Shown here: in pieces, positions 25,160 to 35,004 of the stretch
Position numbering within the stretch: position 1 is the stretch's first letter
Layout of the letters: every line of letters begins with the position of its first letter
Virus record (IMG/VR): IMGVR_UViG_3300035002_000018
Location: 1 to 47,489 of that record
Source of the DNA: a virus
Taxonomy: Duplodnaviria > Caudoviricetes
Reading direction: 5' to 3' (one strand)
Length of the DNA stretch: 47,489 nt
Translations under genes and position numbers: made by a program
The notes under the pieces: model-generated
Seen by the model: only the letters and a program-made list of their open reading frames with translations
Told to the model about the DNA's origin: nothing
Databases searched by the model: none

Positions 25160-26131
25160 ATGGCACTTAATTCATGTTCAACTATTGGAGGTAATACTGG
25201 CGGATCAGCTTGTCAGGGTCGCAGGGAAACACCTACCATTATGATAATCGGCGGTAAGGAGTTTTCATCTTCTGACTACGCTGATGCCGCAACGCAGCGA
25301 GCGGCCATTATTGCAGCTACAAAACTGGGAACCGGCAGCGCAAATAAATTGTTTGCTTTCCCGGTGATCAACAAAGTAACGAATAACACTGAGGCAGATA
25401 CAACAGGATCACTTCCGCTGGGATCTCCTGTAAGGCTTCGTAAAGGCCGTCCTTCATACTCTTTTGTTCTGCAGGATATCAGCCAGCAGCAGTATAAAAA
25501 CCTTTTACAGTTCGACAACAAAGTTGTTTCTGTATTCACTTTTGACGATGCTAACCAGTTCTGGGGCTATCGTGGATTGGGTTCAACCAATGCACTGAAT
25601 ACCGAAGTGTTCAAAGGTGAAAGAGCAAGGATCTCTGTATCTGGAAACGGTTTCAAGGATTCCGAGAACATCGAAACCGGCCAAACCCTTGTAACTGTCA
25701 GCTACCTCTCTATTGATGATTTTGAAAAGAGAGCTGCTTACATTGAATTACCCGATTTCTCCAGCGGCGATGTTGCCGGCCTGGTTGATGTTGAACTGGT
25801 AGAACCTGCAGCCCACGTTTCCAACGTTCACAGCCTTGTTCCTTACATCAAAACTCCGGCACTGTCTGGTGACCTGGATATCGGTGCAGAATATGGTACT
25901 GGCCTGGCTGCGCTGACATGGACGGCTTTCACCGGTGCGACCTACGGAACGTCTCTGACTATCACATCCGTGGCTTACACATCTGGTAAGTTGGTATTCA
26001 CTTTTGATTCTACTGCATACACAGCCCTGGCAAGTGGTGCAAAGATCAAGCTGGTGCCTCCAACCGTTGCCGTCATGGACGCTGCGGACATTACAGGTAT
26101 CGAGATCGGTTACATCATCTTAACTAAGTAA
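25160..26131 (+). CDS. Major tail tube protein
   Basis: 323 aa, Thr/Ala/Gly-rich, followed by a short ORF and a terminator. Confidence 0.65.
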   Translation: MALNSCSTIGGNTGGSACQGRRETPTIMIIGGKEFSSSDYADAATQRAAIIAATKLGTGSANKLFAFPVINKVTNNTEADTTGSLPLGSPVRLRKGRPSYSFVLQDISQQQYKNLLQFDNKVVSVFTFDDANQFWGYRGLGSTNALNTEVFKGERARISVSGNGFKDSENIETGQTLVTVSYLSIDDFEKRAAYIELPDFSSGDVAGLVDVELVEPAAHVSNVHSLVPYIKTPALSGDLDIGAEYGTGLAALTWTAFTGATYGTSLTITSVAYTSGKLVFTFDSTAYTALASGAKIKLVPPTVAVMDAADITGIEIGYIILTK

Positions 26132-26132
26132 C

Positions 26133-26309
26133 ATGGTATTTGAAGGAATAAATATCACCGCTGATTTCTTCAAGGATAAGACGTTTAAGCAGTTCAAAGA
26201 AGAACTGAAGGCCCACGGATTATCCGAGGAAAAACTGAAAGAAGCGTATGAACTGATAACAGGTAAGAAGCTAACCCCTGCAAAACAGGCTGACGTAAAG
26301 CAGGAATAG
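26133..26309 (+). CDS. 58-aa hypothetical protein
   Basis: Read by hand (MVFEGINITADFFKDKTFKQF...); 1 bp after the tail gene stop. Confidence 0.6.
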   Translation: MVFEGINITADFFKDKTFKQFKEELKAHGLSEEKLKEAYELITGKKLTPAKQADVKQE

Positions 26310-26336
26310 CCATGATGTTTTTAAAATGGTAAAACC

Positions 26337-26365
26337 GGGGCGGGGTATATGCCCTGCCCCTTTTT
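26337..26365 (+). terminator. Rho-independent terminator
   Basis: GGGGCGGGGT / GCCCTGCCCC + TTTTT. Confidence 0.75.
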
Positions 26366-26368
26366 GTT

Positions 26369-26797
26369 ATGGCATCCATCAGGCAAATGTTAAGAAAGTT
26401 TGAGCAGTTAGATACTGATTCTATCATTCAGGATGTAATGATCGAGAGCCAGGATAAAATGGCCGACATGAATGCTGAGCAGATCAACTCAGGTATAAAA
26501 GCAGACGGTTCCATTATGCCTGATTATTCATTCAGGTCCGTTTTCCAGTATGGTAAGCCCCCGGGGCCCATTAAGTTAAGAGACAAAGGGGATTGGCAAC
26601 AAGGCCTATATGCAAGGGTTGATGGAGATAAGGTAGTATTTGCATCCTCTGACAGTAAAAATGACAAACTGATCGATAAATACGGTGTGCAGATTGTGGG
26701 GCTCAGTGATAAATTCAAAATAGAGGTCATAAGGGAATCGATCAGGCCAGGGATCAAAGAAAAGATGTTTGTGGCAACCGGGTTAATGATGAAATGA
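26369..26797 (+). CDS. Putative tail-completion/neck protein
   Basis: L.D.G motif (LRDKGDW) as in gp10-like neck proteins; position. Confidence 0.5.
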   Translation: MASIRQMLRKFEQLDTDSIIQDVMIESQDKMADMNAEQINSGIKADGSIMPDYSFRSVFQYGKPPGPIKLRDKGDWQQGLYARVDGDKVVFASSDSKNDKLIDKYGVQIVGLSDKFKIEVIRESIRPGIKEKMFVATGLMMK

Positions 26798-27000
26798 TGG
26801 GATGCGAATCTTGCCATATCGGGGTAATGGGTCAGCAGATGGCTTTAAACGACATTGTTTTACAGGCGAAAAAATATGCTGTTGAAAATGAGAAAACTAT
26901 GGCCATATACAAAGAGGGGTACGACTACCGGTTCATCGAATACAGCATCGCAGCCGAAAACGGATACCAAATTGTCCAGGTTGTATCAAAACATAACTGA
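26794..27000 (+). CDS. Small CxxC protein
   Basis: ATGA overlap; MGCESC start. Confidence 0.55.
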   Translation: MMGCESCHIGVMGQQMALNDIVLQAKKYAVENEKTMAIYKEGYDYRFIEYSIAAENGYQIVQVVSKHN

Positions 27001-27586
27001 ACTACCTCTTACCAATTTTATTGACGCTTACGTTGATAATAAACTTTCAGCGCTGATCATCGAAGGCAATCCCACTGAGCTTGAAATATTACAGGCATGG
27101 GATAAAATCAGGATTCAGTATGCCGATGCTGTTGCCGATCCACAATTCAAGAATTACGCTATTACAAAGGGCCAGGCAGCGCAGTTAGAATTGACAATGG
27201 AAATGGCAACTATCCTGATCAACGAATTGAGATTACACTACTGCACCAATTTACACGAGCGAATAAATAAGTTGTTTTCGTACAAGTTCAATTTTGATGC
27301 TACCGATTATGAGAAGTACGAAAATGAACTTAGGAAAGCAGAAAGAAGGATGGGGGGATGGAAGATTGAACTGTCTTTGAAAAAATCGGCAGTTGAGAAG
27401 ATGGAGAAAGGGATGCAGGGCGGAGAAGTAAACCGGGAGTATTTCCAGGGGCTCAAATTAACGATCCATACCCATTTCAAAGTACCGCTGATTAACGAAA
27501 ATACAACTACCTGGGAGTTCTGCGAACTATTGAAACGGATCAGAAAGGATATAGATAACAGTAAACCCAAACAACGTGGCAGGTAA
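26855..27586 (+). CDS. Putative tail assembly chaperone (start uncertain)
   Basis: Helical ORF directly upstream of the tape measure gene. Confidence 0.5.
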   Translation: MFYRRKNMLLKMRKLWPYTKRGTTTGSSNTASQPKTDTKLSRLYQNITELPLTNFIDAYVDNKLSALIIEGNPTELEILQAWDKIRIQYADAVADPQFKNYAITKGQAAQLELTMEMATILINELRLHYCTNLHERINKLFSYKFNFDATDYEKYENELRKAERRMGGWKIELSLKKSAVEKMEKGMQGGEVNREYFQGLKLTIHTHFKVPLINENTTTWEFCELLKRIRKDIDNSKPKQRGR

Positions 27587-30554
27587 CGAAGACTTAATAT
27601 CAAATTTTATTGACCGGGTTGGATTTGGGGAAGATGCTGAATTTGCAAAATCCCGTCTGATGGAGGTATTGGCTCTTTATGATAAACTGGCTAATACCAA
27701 AGTTGGGTTGGGGACTGATAAGATGACCGGTGTAGATGCCGGGTTAAAGTCTGCTGCATCTTCTTTAGGCGCCTATGATCAGACTTTACAGCGGGTTTCT
27801 CAGCGTATAGCGCAGATGAACGGGCAGAGCAAGGAGTTTACGAATGTACTACTGTTAGAGGCAAAGGCTTCAAAGGAACTGGCCGCTGCGAAATTGAACG
27901 AGGCGAAGGCGCAAACGGAATCAGCCAAACAAAAGCAGATAGCGGAGAAATCATCAAAAGAGGCTATTAAAAATTCAGCCGCTGAAAAGAAGATCATTGA
28001 CGATGCAACGAATGATTATTTACAACTGAGCCGGTCCTATACTGAAGCGGCATTAAGAGCAAAGAACTATGTGCTGAGGTTAGGCGAAGGTCACCCGATA
28101 GCAGTACAGGCGGTAAAAGATGCAAATGATATCGGGAATGTACTGAAGAAATTGGACGCTTCGGTCGGGCAGAATCAAAGGAATGTGGGTAATTACGCCA
28201 GTGCTTATAATGGCCTCGGTATTTCATTTGCACAGGTATCTCGTGAATTACCTTCTTTAGCTATAAACTTTCAAACATTTGCTCTTGCTATATCGAATAA
28301 CCTGCCTATGGTTGCTGATGAACTCGGAAAGGCAAGGAGGGAAATTGCACAATTAAAAGCGGAGGGTAAAGACGCTCCATCACTATTGAGCAAAATCGGG
28401 AAATCAATATTTTCCTGGCAGGTTGGTTTATCTGTAGGCATAACACTGTTTACTTTATTCTCAAAACAGATTGGAGCTTTCTTTGTTTCATTGTTTACCG
28501 GTAGTAAAGTATTTGACGAGGCAAAAGAAAAGTTGAAGTCTTATACCGCTGCATTATCAGAAGCCAATAAGCAAAAGATCACCAATTCAGTAGGTGATAT
28601 TACAACACTTGAATTAGTAAGAGATATCCTCAATGATACCGCAAAATCATTAAAGGAAAGAACTGAGGCGGCGAAAGCATTTAATCAGATTGCTGATGAA
28701 TCCAATAAACTCGATCTCACTCAGCTGGATAACCTCAATAAAATAAATGACAGCATTTCTAAGCAAATAACACTGATTGAGAAACGAGCATTTTCGAGGG
28801 CAGCTGAATCAATACTGGCCGATAAAGCAGAAAAACTATTATTAGCTCAACAGGAAGCGTCTATTCAGGCAGAAAAGGATTTTATATTAGAAAGGGAGTC
28901 AGATCAAGCTCAACAAAAACAATTTGGTATTTCCGAAGTTTCAGTAAATGGTATTAAGATAAACCAGTTAGAAAGGTATAATTCACTACTTGACCAGCAA
29001 TCAATAAAGAATAAAATAGCTAATAACGAAAACGTTAAAAGGGCAAAGGCTGATTTTGATGCAAGTAAGCAGGCCTTACGTGGGTTAATAGACTTGCAAG
29101 GCTTTACTGCTGATTCAGGTAATGAGGATAAAAACAAAGACGTATCAGAACAAAGGCGCCGGGCTTTATTTGAGATCGAAAAGCTAAAACTGGAAAGGTC
29201 CATCGAAACAAACAAAGCCATCTTTGAAGATGAGAAAAAGGATTTTGTTGTAAGGTTAGATGCCTTTAAAAACTACCTGGACGACAAGAACAAATTAATT
29301 GACCTGACAGCCAATTTCGAGAAGGGCAAAAAAGAAATACTGTCCGAAGAAATCGCTTTGATCGATGCGAAGCAAAAGGATGACAAAATAAGCCTTGAAA
29401 CCGAGCAGCAGAATACCCTTGAAAAACTCCGTGAATCTGAAATGAAGAAGATCCAGGAGGATATGAAGCGGAGGCGGTCGGTTTTAATGTTTGCTTATGG
29501 TGAAGAATTGGTTGATGCAGAGAATTATTATGATGAGCTGGCAAAGATTGGTTTAATATCATTTGAGAAAGCAAAAGAATTAAAAAAGCAGGAGGAAAAA
29601 TTACAGGAAGATTTTTATAAGAAAGTAGGAGATCTTGCTAAAAAGCAAGTTGAAGATGATGATAAAAAAAGAAAAGAACAACGGGATAAAAGAATAAAGG
29701 AACAAGAGGACTTTAATAAGAGAAGGAAAGAATTAGAACAGGAATTAATAAGAGAGTTAACTGATTTGTCATTTACTTTTTTTACAGCCTCTATAGAAAA
29801 ACAGAAGAATGCGATTCAGTTACAAGTTGATGCAATCGAGTTAAGAAAGCAAAGAGAAATTGATGCCGTTAACCAAACTGTTTCGAATCGGCAGCAAGCT
29901 GCGGCTGAAATTCAAATTATTGAGGCGAGAGCAAATGCTGAAAGAGAACAGCTTCAAAAGAAACAAAGAGACCTTGATATAAGAAAGGCTCAATTTGATA
30001 AAATACAATCAATCGCAAGAATAGTACAAGAAACCGCTATAGCCGTTATTAAATTAACCGGCAGTTTAAATCCGGCAGACAAAGCTCTGATACCATTAGT
30101 ATTATCAATCAGTGCAACGCAGATAGCCGCTATTGTAGCGCAACCGATTCCGAAATATAGAGAAGGTACAAAAGATCACCAGGGAGGACGAGCAATAGTC
30201 GGAGATGGAGGTAAAGAGGAAATTGTAATTACCCCTGATGGTAAGGTGATGAAAACCCCTGCAAAATCAACGCTTGTTGACCTGCCCAAACACTCTATTG
30301 TTTTACCTGATGCAAACATCGCTATGAACTATGCACTGAAAGGTGTAAATGGGCTGAACCAGTCAAAAGTTGAAAATGCTCCATTAATTGACGGGATTAT
30401 GATTGCCGGTGAAATTTCTTCTATGAAAAAGGCTGTTGTATCAGCCATCAAAAAGCAGCCTCAGCCGGTTACGCTGGTTGAAAATGTATTATCCCGGAGA
30501 ATAAGAAGGGGTGACAATTCAAACACTTACTTAAATAATAACCTGCAGGGATGA
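27576..30554 (+). CDS. Tape measure protein
   Basis: 992 aa coiled-coil, QRNVGNY motif, hydrophobic segment, C-terminal QPIPKY.EGT..H.GG.AIVGDGG. Confidence 0.88.
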   Translation: MAGNEDLISNFIDRVGFGEDAEFAKSRLMEVLALYDKLANTKVGLGTDKMTGVDAGLKSAASSLGAYDQTLQRVSQRIAQMNGQSKEFTNVLLLEAKASKELAAAKLNEAKAQTESAKQKQIAEKSSKEAIKNSAAEKKIIDDATNDYLQLSRSYTEAALRAKNYVLRLGEGHPIAVQAVKDANDIGNVLKKLDASVGQNQRNVGNYASAYNGLGISFAQVSRELPSLAINFQTFALAISNNLPMVADELGKARREIAQLKAEGKDAPSLLSKIGKSIFSWQVGLSVGITLFTLFSKQIGAFFVSLFTGSKVFDEAKEKLKSYTAALSEANKQKITNSVGDITTLELVRDILNDTAKSLKERTEAAKAFNQIADESNKLDLTQLDNLNKINDSISKQITLIEKRAFSRAAESILADKAEKLLLAQQEASIQAEKDFILERESDQAQQKQFGISEVSVNGIKINQLERYNSLLDQQSIKNKIANNENVKRAKADFDASKQALRGLIDLQGFTADSGNEDKNKDVSEQRRRALFEIEKLKLERSIETNKAIFEDEKKDFVVRLDAFKNYLDDKNKLIDLTANFEKGKKEILSEEIALIDAKQKDDKISLETEQQNTLEKLRESEMKKIQEDMKRRRSVLMFAYGEELVDAENYYDELAKIGLISFEKAKELKKQEEKLQEDFYKKVGDLAKKQVEDDDKKRKEQRDKRIKEQEDFNKRRKELEQELIRELTDLSFTFFTASIEKQKNAIQLQVDAIELRKQREIDAVNQTVSNRQQAAAEIQIIEARANAEREQLQKKQRDLDIRKAQFDKIQSIARIVQETAIAVIKLTGSLNPADKALIPLVLSISATQIAAIVAQPIPKYREGTKDHQGGRAIVGDGGKEEIVITPDGKVMKTPAKSTLVDLPKHSIVLPDANIAMNYALKGVNGLNQSKVENAPLIDGIMIAGEISSMKKAVVSAIKKQPQPVTLVENVLSRRIRRGDNSNTYLNNNLQG

Positions 30555-32590
30555 GTTTGAAGCTATTTCAATATTATTTACTTGAAGAAGATGGACGTTC
30601 AAACTACATCAGCAACGGTATTGTAACTACCCGTGGTATTCCAACTCCTTTACCACAAACACCGGACGGATGGCAGGGCATATTACTTGCCTGGGAAAGG
30701 AACATGGCAAAGCAGGGCATCGTACGGGCCTATTCAAAAGAATTGGGCTATGTACTTGACGGAGCAATGATTCTCAGGGATGCTTTTTACAAAGGGAGCA
30801 TTGACCGGAAATTATATTTACTGTGCCAGAAATTGACACTTGAATACGCAGCTACCTACCGGTGGGTGTATAAATACTTGTTCAAAGTTGAGGTTGATAT
30901 GACCACAATAAAAGACGGAGAGGATATTGTAAAAGCAAGCCTGATGGAAGGTGGATTATCAAAAATGCTGAAGGCGAATGAGAATACCGTCTATTCAATC
31001 CCCTTCGATGACGATGCGATCAATATCACCCATACCGGGCTGAAGTTATTCAACTCTTTTAAAATACTACTGTTAGAAAACGGTAGTGGGGTAAGCAATT
31101 TTGCCGGGATGGTTCACACCAGCCAGGATGAGAATAAAAAAGGAGGCACAGGAGTAGCGGTATTCGATATTGCCAAAACATTGAACGTCGGCAGCCCGGA
31201 TTTAGAAGTACTTTATTTTGGCGAGGTTAGACTTGATGGAAGGGCTGTATTTTCCGGGAGGTTTACACTGAACCCGCTGGAAACGGATGTAGTAATTAGT
31301 TTGCAGGTTTATAATAATGGGGTATTCAGAACACAGGTAAATACAAGTGCCTTAGGGCTTCCGGCTGGCTCTGACTATGATTATTTAGAAACCATACAGC
31401 TGATAAAAGGAGACAGGCTTTATTTCATTGTATCATTCTTTTACCTGGAAACCACCTTAACAATGGATTGGGATGTGGTCTATCCAACATCTACTTATAA
31501 GGCATTTCTCCGCAAAGATTTATTCAGGAAATTGATTGCTAAGATTTGCGGGTATGAAGATTACGCTGTTTCTGAATTATTGGCCAATGGAGACAGGGCA
31601 ATTACCTGTGGGGATGCTATCCGGGGTTTTGACGATGCAGTCATAAAAGTATCGCTGAATGATTTCTTTGAGGACGTAGATACGGACCTGATGGCAGGAA
31701 TGGGAATAGAACCAGGCGCAGCGGCCGGTCCGTTAATTGCCGGTGACCGGGTAGTAATCGAGGCCAGGGATCATTTCTACGACTTCAGCAGCCCGATAAA
31801 TATAGGGGAACCTTCTTCCCGGCCAAATGTGACATACACAAATGACATAGCCTTTAACCGGGTAAAAACAGGATGGGCGAAGACAGAGGTTGAAGATACC
31901 AACGGACGCTATTCATTCAATGGATCGCAGCAGTGGACATTACCGCTGTTACGGATCAATAAAGAATATAAACTGACTTCACCATTCAGTGCAGATCCTT
32001 ACGAGATCGAATGGGCTAGAATCAATTTGGATGGCAAAACCACAACTGATAGCAGCCGGGATAATAAGAATTATGTCCTTGTGGTCGAAATGGTAACACC
32101 TGGCGAATACCGGTTAAAGAGAGACGCAACACAGGCCGGTTCTGATCCTGATACCTTTGGTGTTCCTGATCCTGCAACGATATTTAACATCGATCTGAGC
32201 CCCAAAAGAAAGCTACTGAGACATAAGAGATGGATTCGGTCAATCCTGCACAATTACCCCAATGAAAAGATTATACAGCAGTCAGCAGAGACAAACGGCG
32301 ATATTATCACAACAGTAGCCGGGCTGACAGTTGACGAAAACGCTGATATCCCTGTGGAAGATTTAGGACTTCCCATGTTCCTTCCATACTATTTTGACTT
32401 TGAGGCGAAATCACCTGTGAATTTATTTGAATTACTAGAAGCAAATACAAACCGCTGCTTTCAGTTTACCTGGGAAGGTGTAACCTATTACGGATTTCTT
32501 ATAAAGGCTGGCATGGCGCCGAATACCAGCGAAAAGCAGGAATTTAAGCTATTAGCCACCCCACAAAACGACATGACAAACCTTATATAA
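30551..32590 (+). CDS. Tail tip / baseplate protein
   Basis: Position after the tape measure gene. Confidence 0.6.
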   Translation: MSLKLFQYYLLEEDGRSNYISNGIVTTRGIPTPLPQTPDGWQGILLAWERNMAKQGIVRAYSKELGYVLDGAMILRDAFYKGSIDRKLYLLCQKLTLEYAATYRWVYKYLFKVEVDMTTIKDGEDIVKASLMEGGLSKMLKANENTVYSIPFDDDAINITHTGLKLFNSFKILLLENGSGVSNFAGMVHTSQDENKKGGTGVAVFDIAKTLNVGSPDLEVLYFGEVRLDGRAVFSGRFTLNPLETDVVISLQVYNNGVFRTQVNTSALGLPAGSDYDYLETIQLIKGDRLYFIVSFFYLETTLTMDWDVVYPTSTYKAFLRKDLFRKLIAKICGYEDYAVSELLANGDRAITCGDAIRGFDDAVIKVSLNDFFEDVDTDLMAGMGIEPGAAAGPLIAGDRVVIEARDHFYDFSSPINIGEPSSRPNVTYTNDIAFNRVKTGWAKTEVEDTNGRYSFNGSQQWTLPLLRINKEYKLTSPFSADPYEIEWARINLDGKTTTDSSRDNKNYVLVVEMVTPGEYRLKRDATQAGSDPDTFGVPDPATIFNIDLSPKRKLLRHKRWIRSILHNYPNEKIIQQSAETNGDIITTVAGLTVDENADIPVEDLGLPMFLPYYFDFEAKSPVNLFELLEANTNRCFQFTWEGVTYYGFLIKAGMAPNTSEKQEFKLLATPQNDMTNLI

Positions 32591-33547
32591 ATGCCAACGA
32601 ATACACTTATATATCCACATATCAACGGCCTGACGGTTTACAAGGAAACACCGGACACGGATGACCGGTTTTTATCCAAACACATGGACGACTGGCAATT
32701 TTCCGATACTATCCTTCCATGGGAAGAGATTACCGATTGGTGTCAGCCGTGGATGAGTTCGGATACTACCAAATTGCAACTGCAGAGTACCTACGGCCCA
32801 GTTAATCTGAAGATGTACCGTCTTGAGGATGACGTGCTGATAGATACAATCCCGTTTGTGAACATAATCGGCAACTTTAATAACACAGACCTGAGAATTT
32901 ACGAGGTAGATGTTGATCTATCTACCTACGACGAGGGCTGTTATTATTTCCGAATAACGTTTGGAAGCCCGGTCGCACTAACCTTGCGAACAAATAATAT
33001 TGAACTTTCGGAAATTATTGAAAATACTTTACTTTTGGAGTACAAGCATCCTTCGTTCAGGGAGGATATGATCTTTGAAACTGGCATATTCCCATCAGTG
33101 AGAGTACCTGGATGTATTAAGTACGAAAGAACGGCAAGTAAAAGCACAGTGTATGAAGACCAGCCGCTCAATAACGAGGTGTTACGGTCCGTGAATTACA
33201 GGATATCGAAACTCTATATCGGGATAAATGAATACGGCCAGGGCTCAGGTATTCCTGATCACTTCGCTGATAAGATAGCAAGAATGATCGGCTGCTCAGA
33301 TTTATTATTCGACGGCCGGTATTATGCGAAGAAATCTGAAGGTGATGACCTCGAGGCAAAGGATTCTGAAGGCTACCCTATGAGAGGTTGGACGATTGAT
33401 TTGAGAGACAAGTTCAACCGGGCAAGTAAACACTACGTGAACGAGATCGGGCAGAATGCACAGGTTGCAGTGATGATCAATATTGATGGCAAGGGATTCG
33501 CAAATAGCAATTCCGGCAATGTAACAACAATAACAGGATTTCAATAA
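32591..33547 (+). CDS. Minor tail protein
   Basis: Position in the tail module. Confidence 0.55.
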   Translation: MPTNTLIYPHINGLTVYKETPDTDDRFLSKHMDDWQFSDTILPWEEITDWCQPWMSSDTTKLQLQSTYGPVNLKMYRLEDDVLIDTIPFVNIIGNFNNTDLRIYEVDVDLSTYDEGCYYFRITFGSPVALTLRTNNIELSEIIENTLLLEYKHPSFREDMIFETGIFPSVRVPGCIKYERTASKSTVYEDQPLNNEVLRSVNYRISKLYIGINEYGQGSGIPDHFADKIARMIGCSDLLFDGRYYAKKSEGDDLEAKDSEGYPMRGWTIDLRDKFNRASKHYVNEIGQNAQVAVMINIDGKGFANSNSGNVTTITGFQ

Positions 33548-35004
33548 TGGCACATATACCTTTCAAAGCAACAGTTTCAGGATATACAGGAAAGTTACTT
33601 TTCCGGTGGGTAGAAGCCTCTGCGCCTTTAGCAGAGGTAGGCAGGTCCGCTGCTTTAGACTTCCCTTATGATGACGCTTACGATATTTTAGATGTAAATC
33701 CGGTTGTTCATATAGTTGAATTTTGGAGATCTGATGACGGAATTGCTCTTGATGAATTAATTCAGGATTGGAGTGTAGATGCTTCTAAAAGTGAGGAAGT
33801 AATATTTATACGAAATGAGTATAAGGTGGGCCGTGGGAATACTGAAGGAACAGAGGGTAACGGTGATTACTGGATTGATCCATCTAATGAAGATACAGAG
33901 CTAATTGATGAACGGATTGATGGCTATACTAAGTCAGAAATGATTGTCCATGAAGCTGGTTACGGTGACAGATCAGTAGATGAATATGAGTTAAGAACTG
34001 GAGGAGGTATTGTACTTCAGGATAGTAATACTTTTAACCAAGATACAAGATGGTTTATTACTATTATAAAAAAGATATTAGTAACAATCCCATCAACAAC
34101 TACAAATCAAAATCAATACGCAGGTGTTTCGGTAGTAACAGCTGACAGGGATATTTATATAGATTCCACAGATAACCTTTACAATAAACTGGTAATTGCC
34201 AATAAAGCAGGGGCGGTATTAACACTAAATTTCCCTGATCTGGCTTTGATTCCTAACCATACCAGGATCACATTCAATACGCATACAGGCTCATACAACT
34301 ACCTGAAATTACAGCTTGACACAGGCGACACAATCAACTACTGTGGTCAGGCAAGGAATGTAATTTATATCCCCAAATGTGAAATAGTTTCTTTCTACTT
34401 CTTTGATGGTGCAGGTTATGTTACTGACCCGCCTCTGAGAGCTTTATTGAGAGGTACAGTAGTTGGGGATATGGACAGCAGCCGGCATACTGACACAGGT
34501 GCCTACTTACTAGCAGACGAAAGCACAGGAGTATTAACCAAAGCGAATTACCCGGGATTATATGAATTCATTGAAAATTTACCGGCTTCTCATTTTGTTG
34601 CTTTGGGAACAGGATCGGGTCAATGGTCAGAAAGCACAACAATCAATGGAGTAACAGTTTACCCTTATAAATCAAAGTATGGTATTGATACGATTTCTGA
34701 AACATGCAGGGTTCCGCATTTAAAGAATTTAGGGGCAAGATTTATTAATACCGGAGAGTATCCCGGACGTTATCAACACGATGCAGTGGGGCCTTTTGAT
34801 TTAGAAGTAAGAACAGGATCGGGGGGGAGTAGTACAAATCCATTAAATCAAGGTGGAGGAGCTATTGATTGCGGCTTTTCGGGGATGGATAGCTTGGGTT
34901 CGTGGCTTTCTAATGGTTCTTATGGCTCAGAAAAATTAATACGATTTACGGGGACAGAAACAATAATGAAAAATTACGGTGAAATACCTTTTATAGTACT
35001 ATGA
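33547..35004 (+). CDS. Tail fibre/baseplate protein with collar-like C-terminus
   Basis: YPGLY...RVPHL..RF......GRYQHD pattern like tail-collar domains. Confidence 0.6.
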   Translation: MAHIPFKATVSGYTGKLLFRWVEASAPLAEVGRSAALDFPYDDAYDILDVNPVVHIVEFWRSDDGIALDELIQDWSVDASKSEEVIFIRNEYKVGRGNTEGTEGNGDYWIDPSNEDTELIDERIDGYTKSEMIVHEAGYGDRSVDEYELRTGGGIVLQDSNTFNQDTRWFITIIKKILVTIPSTTTNQNQYAGVSVVTADRDIYIDSTDNLYNKLVIANKAGAVLTLNFPDLALIPNHTRITFNTHTGSYNYLKLQLDTGDTINYCGQARNVIYIPKCEIVSFYFFDGAGYVTDPPLRALLRGTVVGDMDSSRHTDTGAYLLADESTGVLTKANYPGLYEFIENLPASHFVALGTGSGQWSESTTINGVTVYPYKSKYGIDTISETCRVPHLKNLGARFINTGEYPGRYQHDAVGPFDLEVRTGSGGSSTNPLNQGGGAIDCGFSGMDSLGSWLSNGSYGSEKLIRFTGTETIMKNYGEIPFIVL

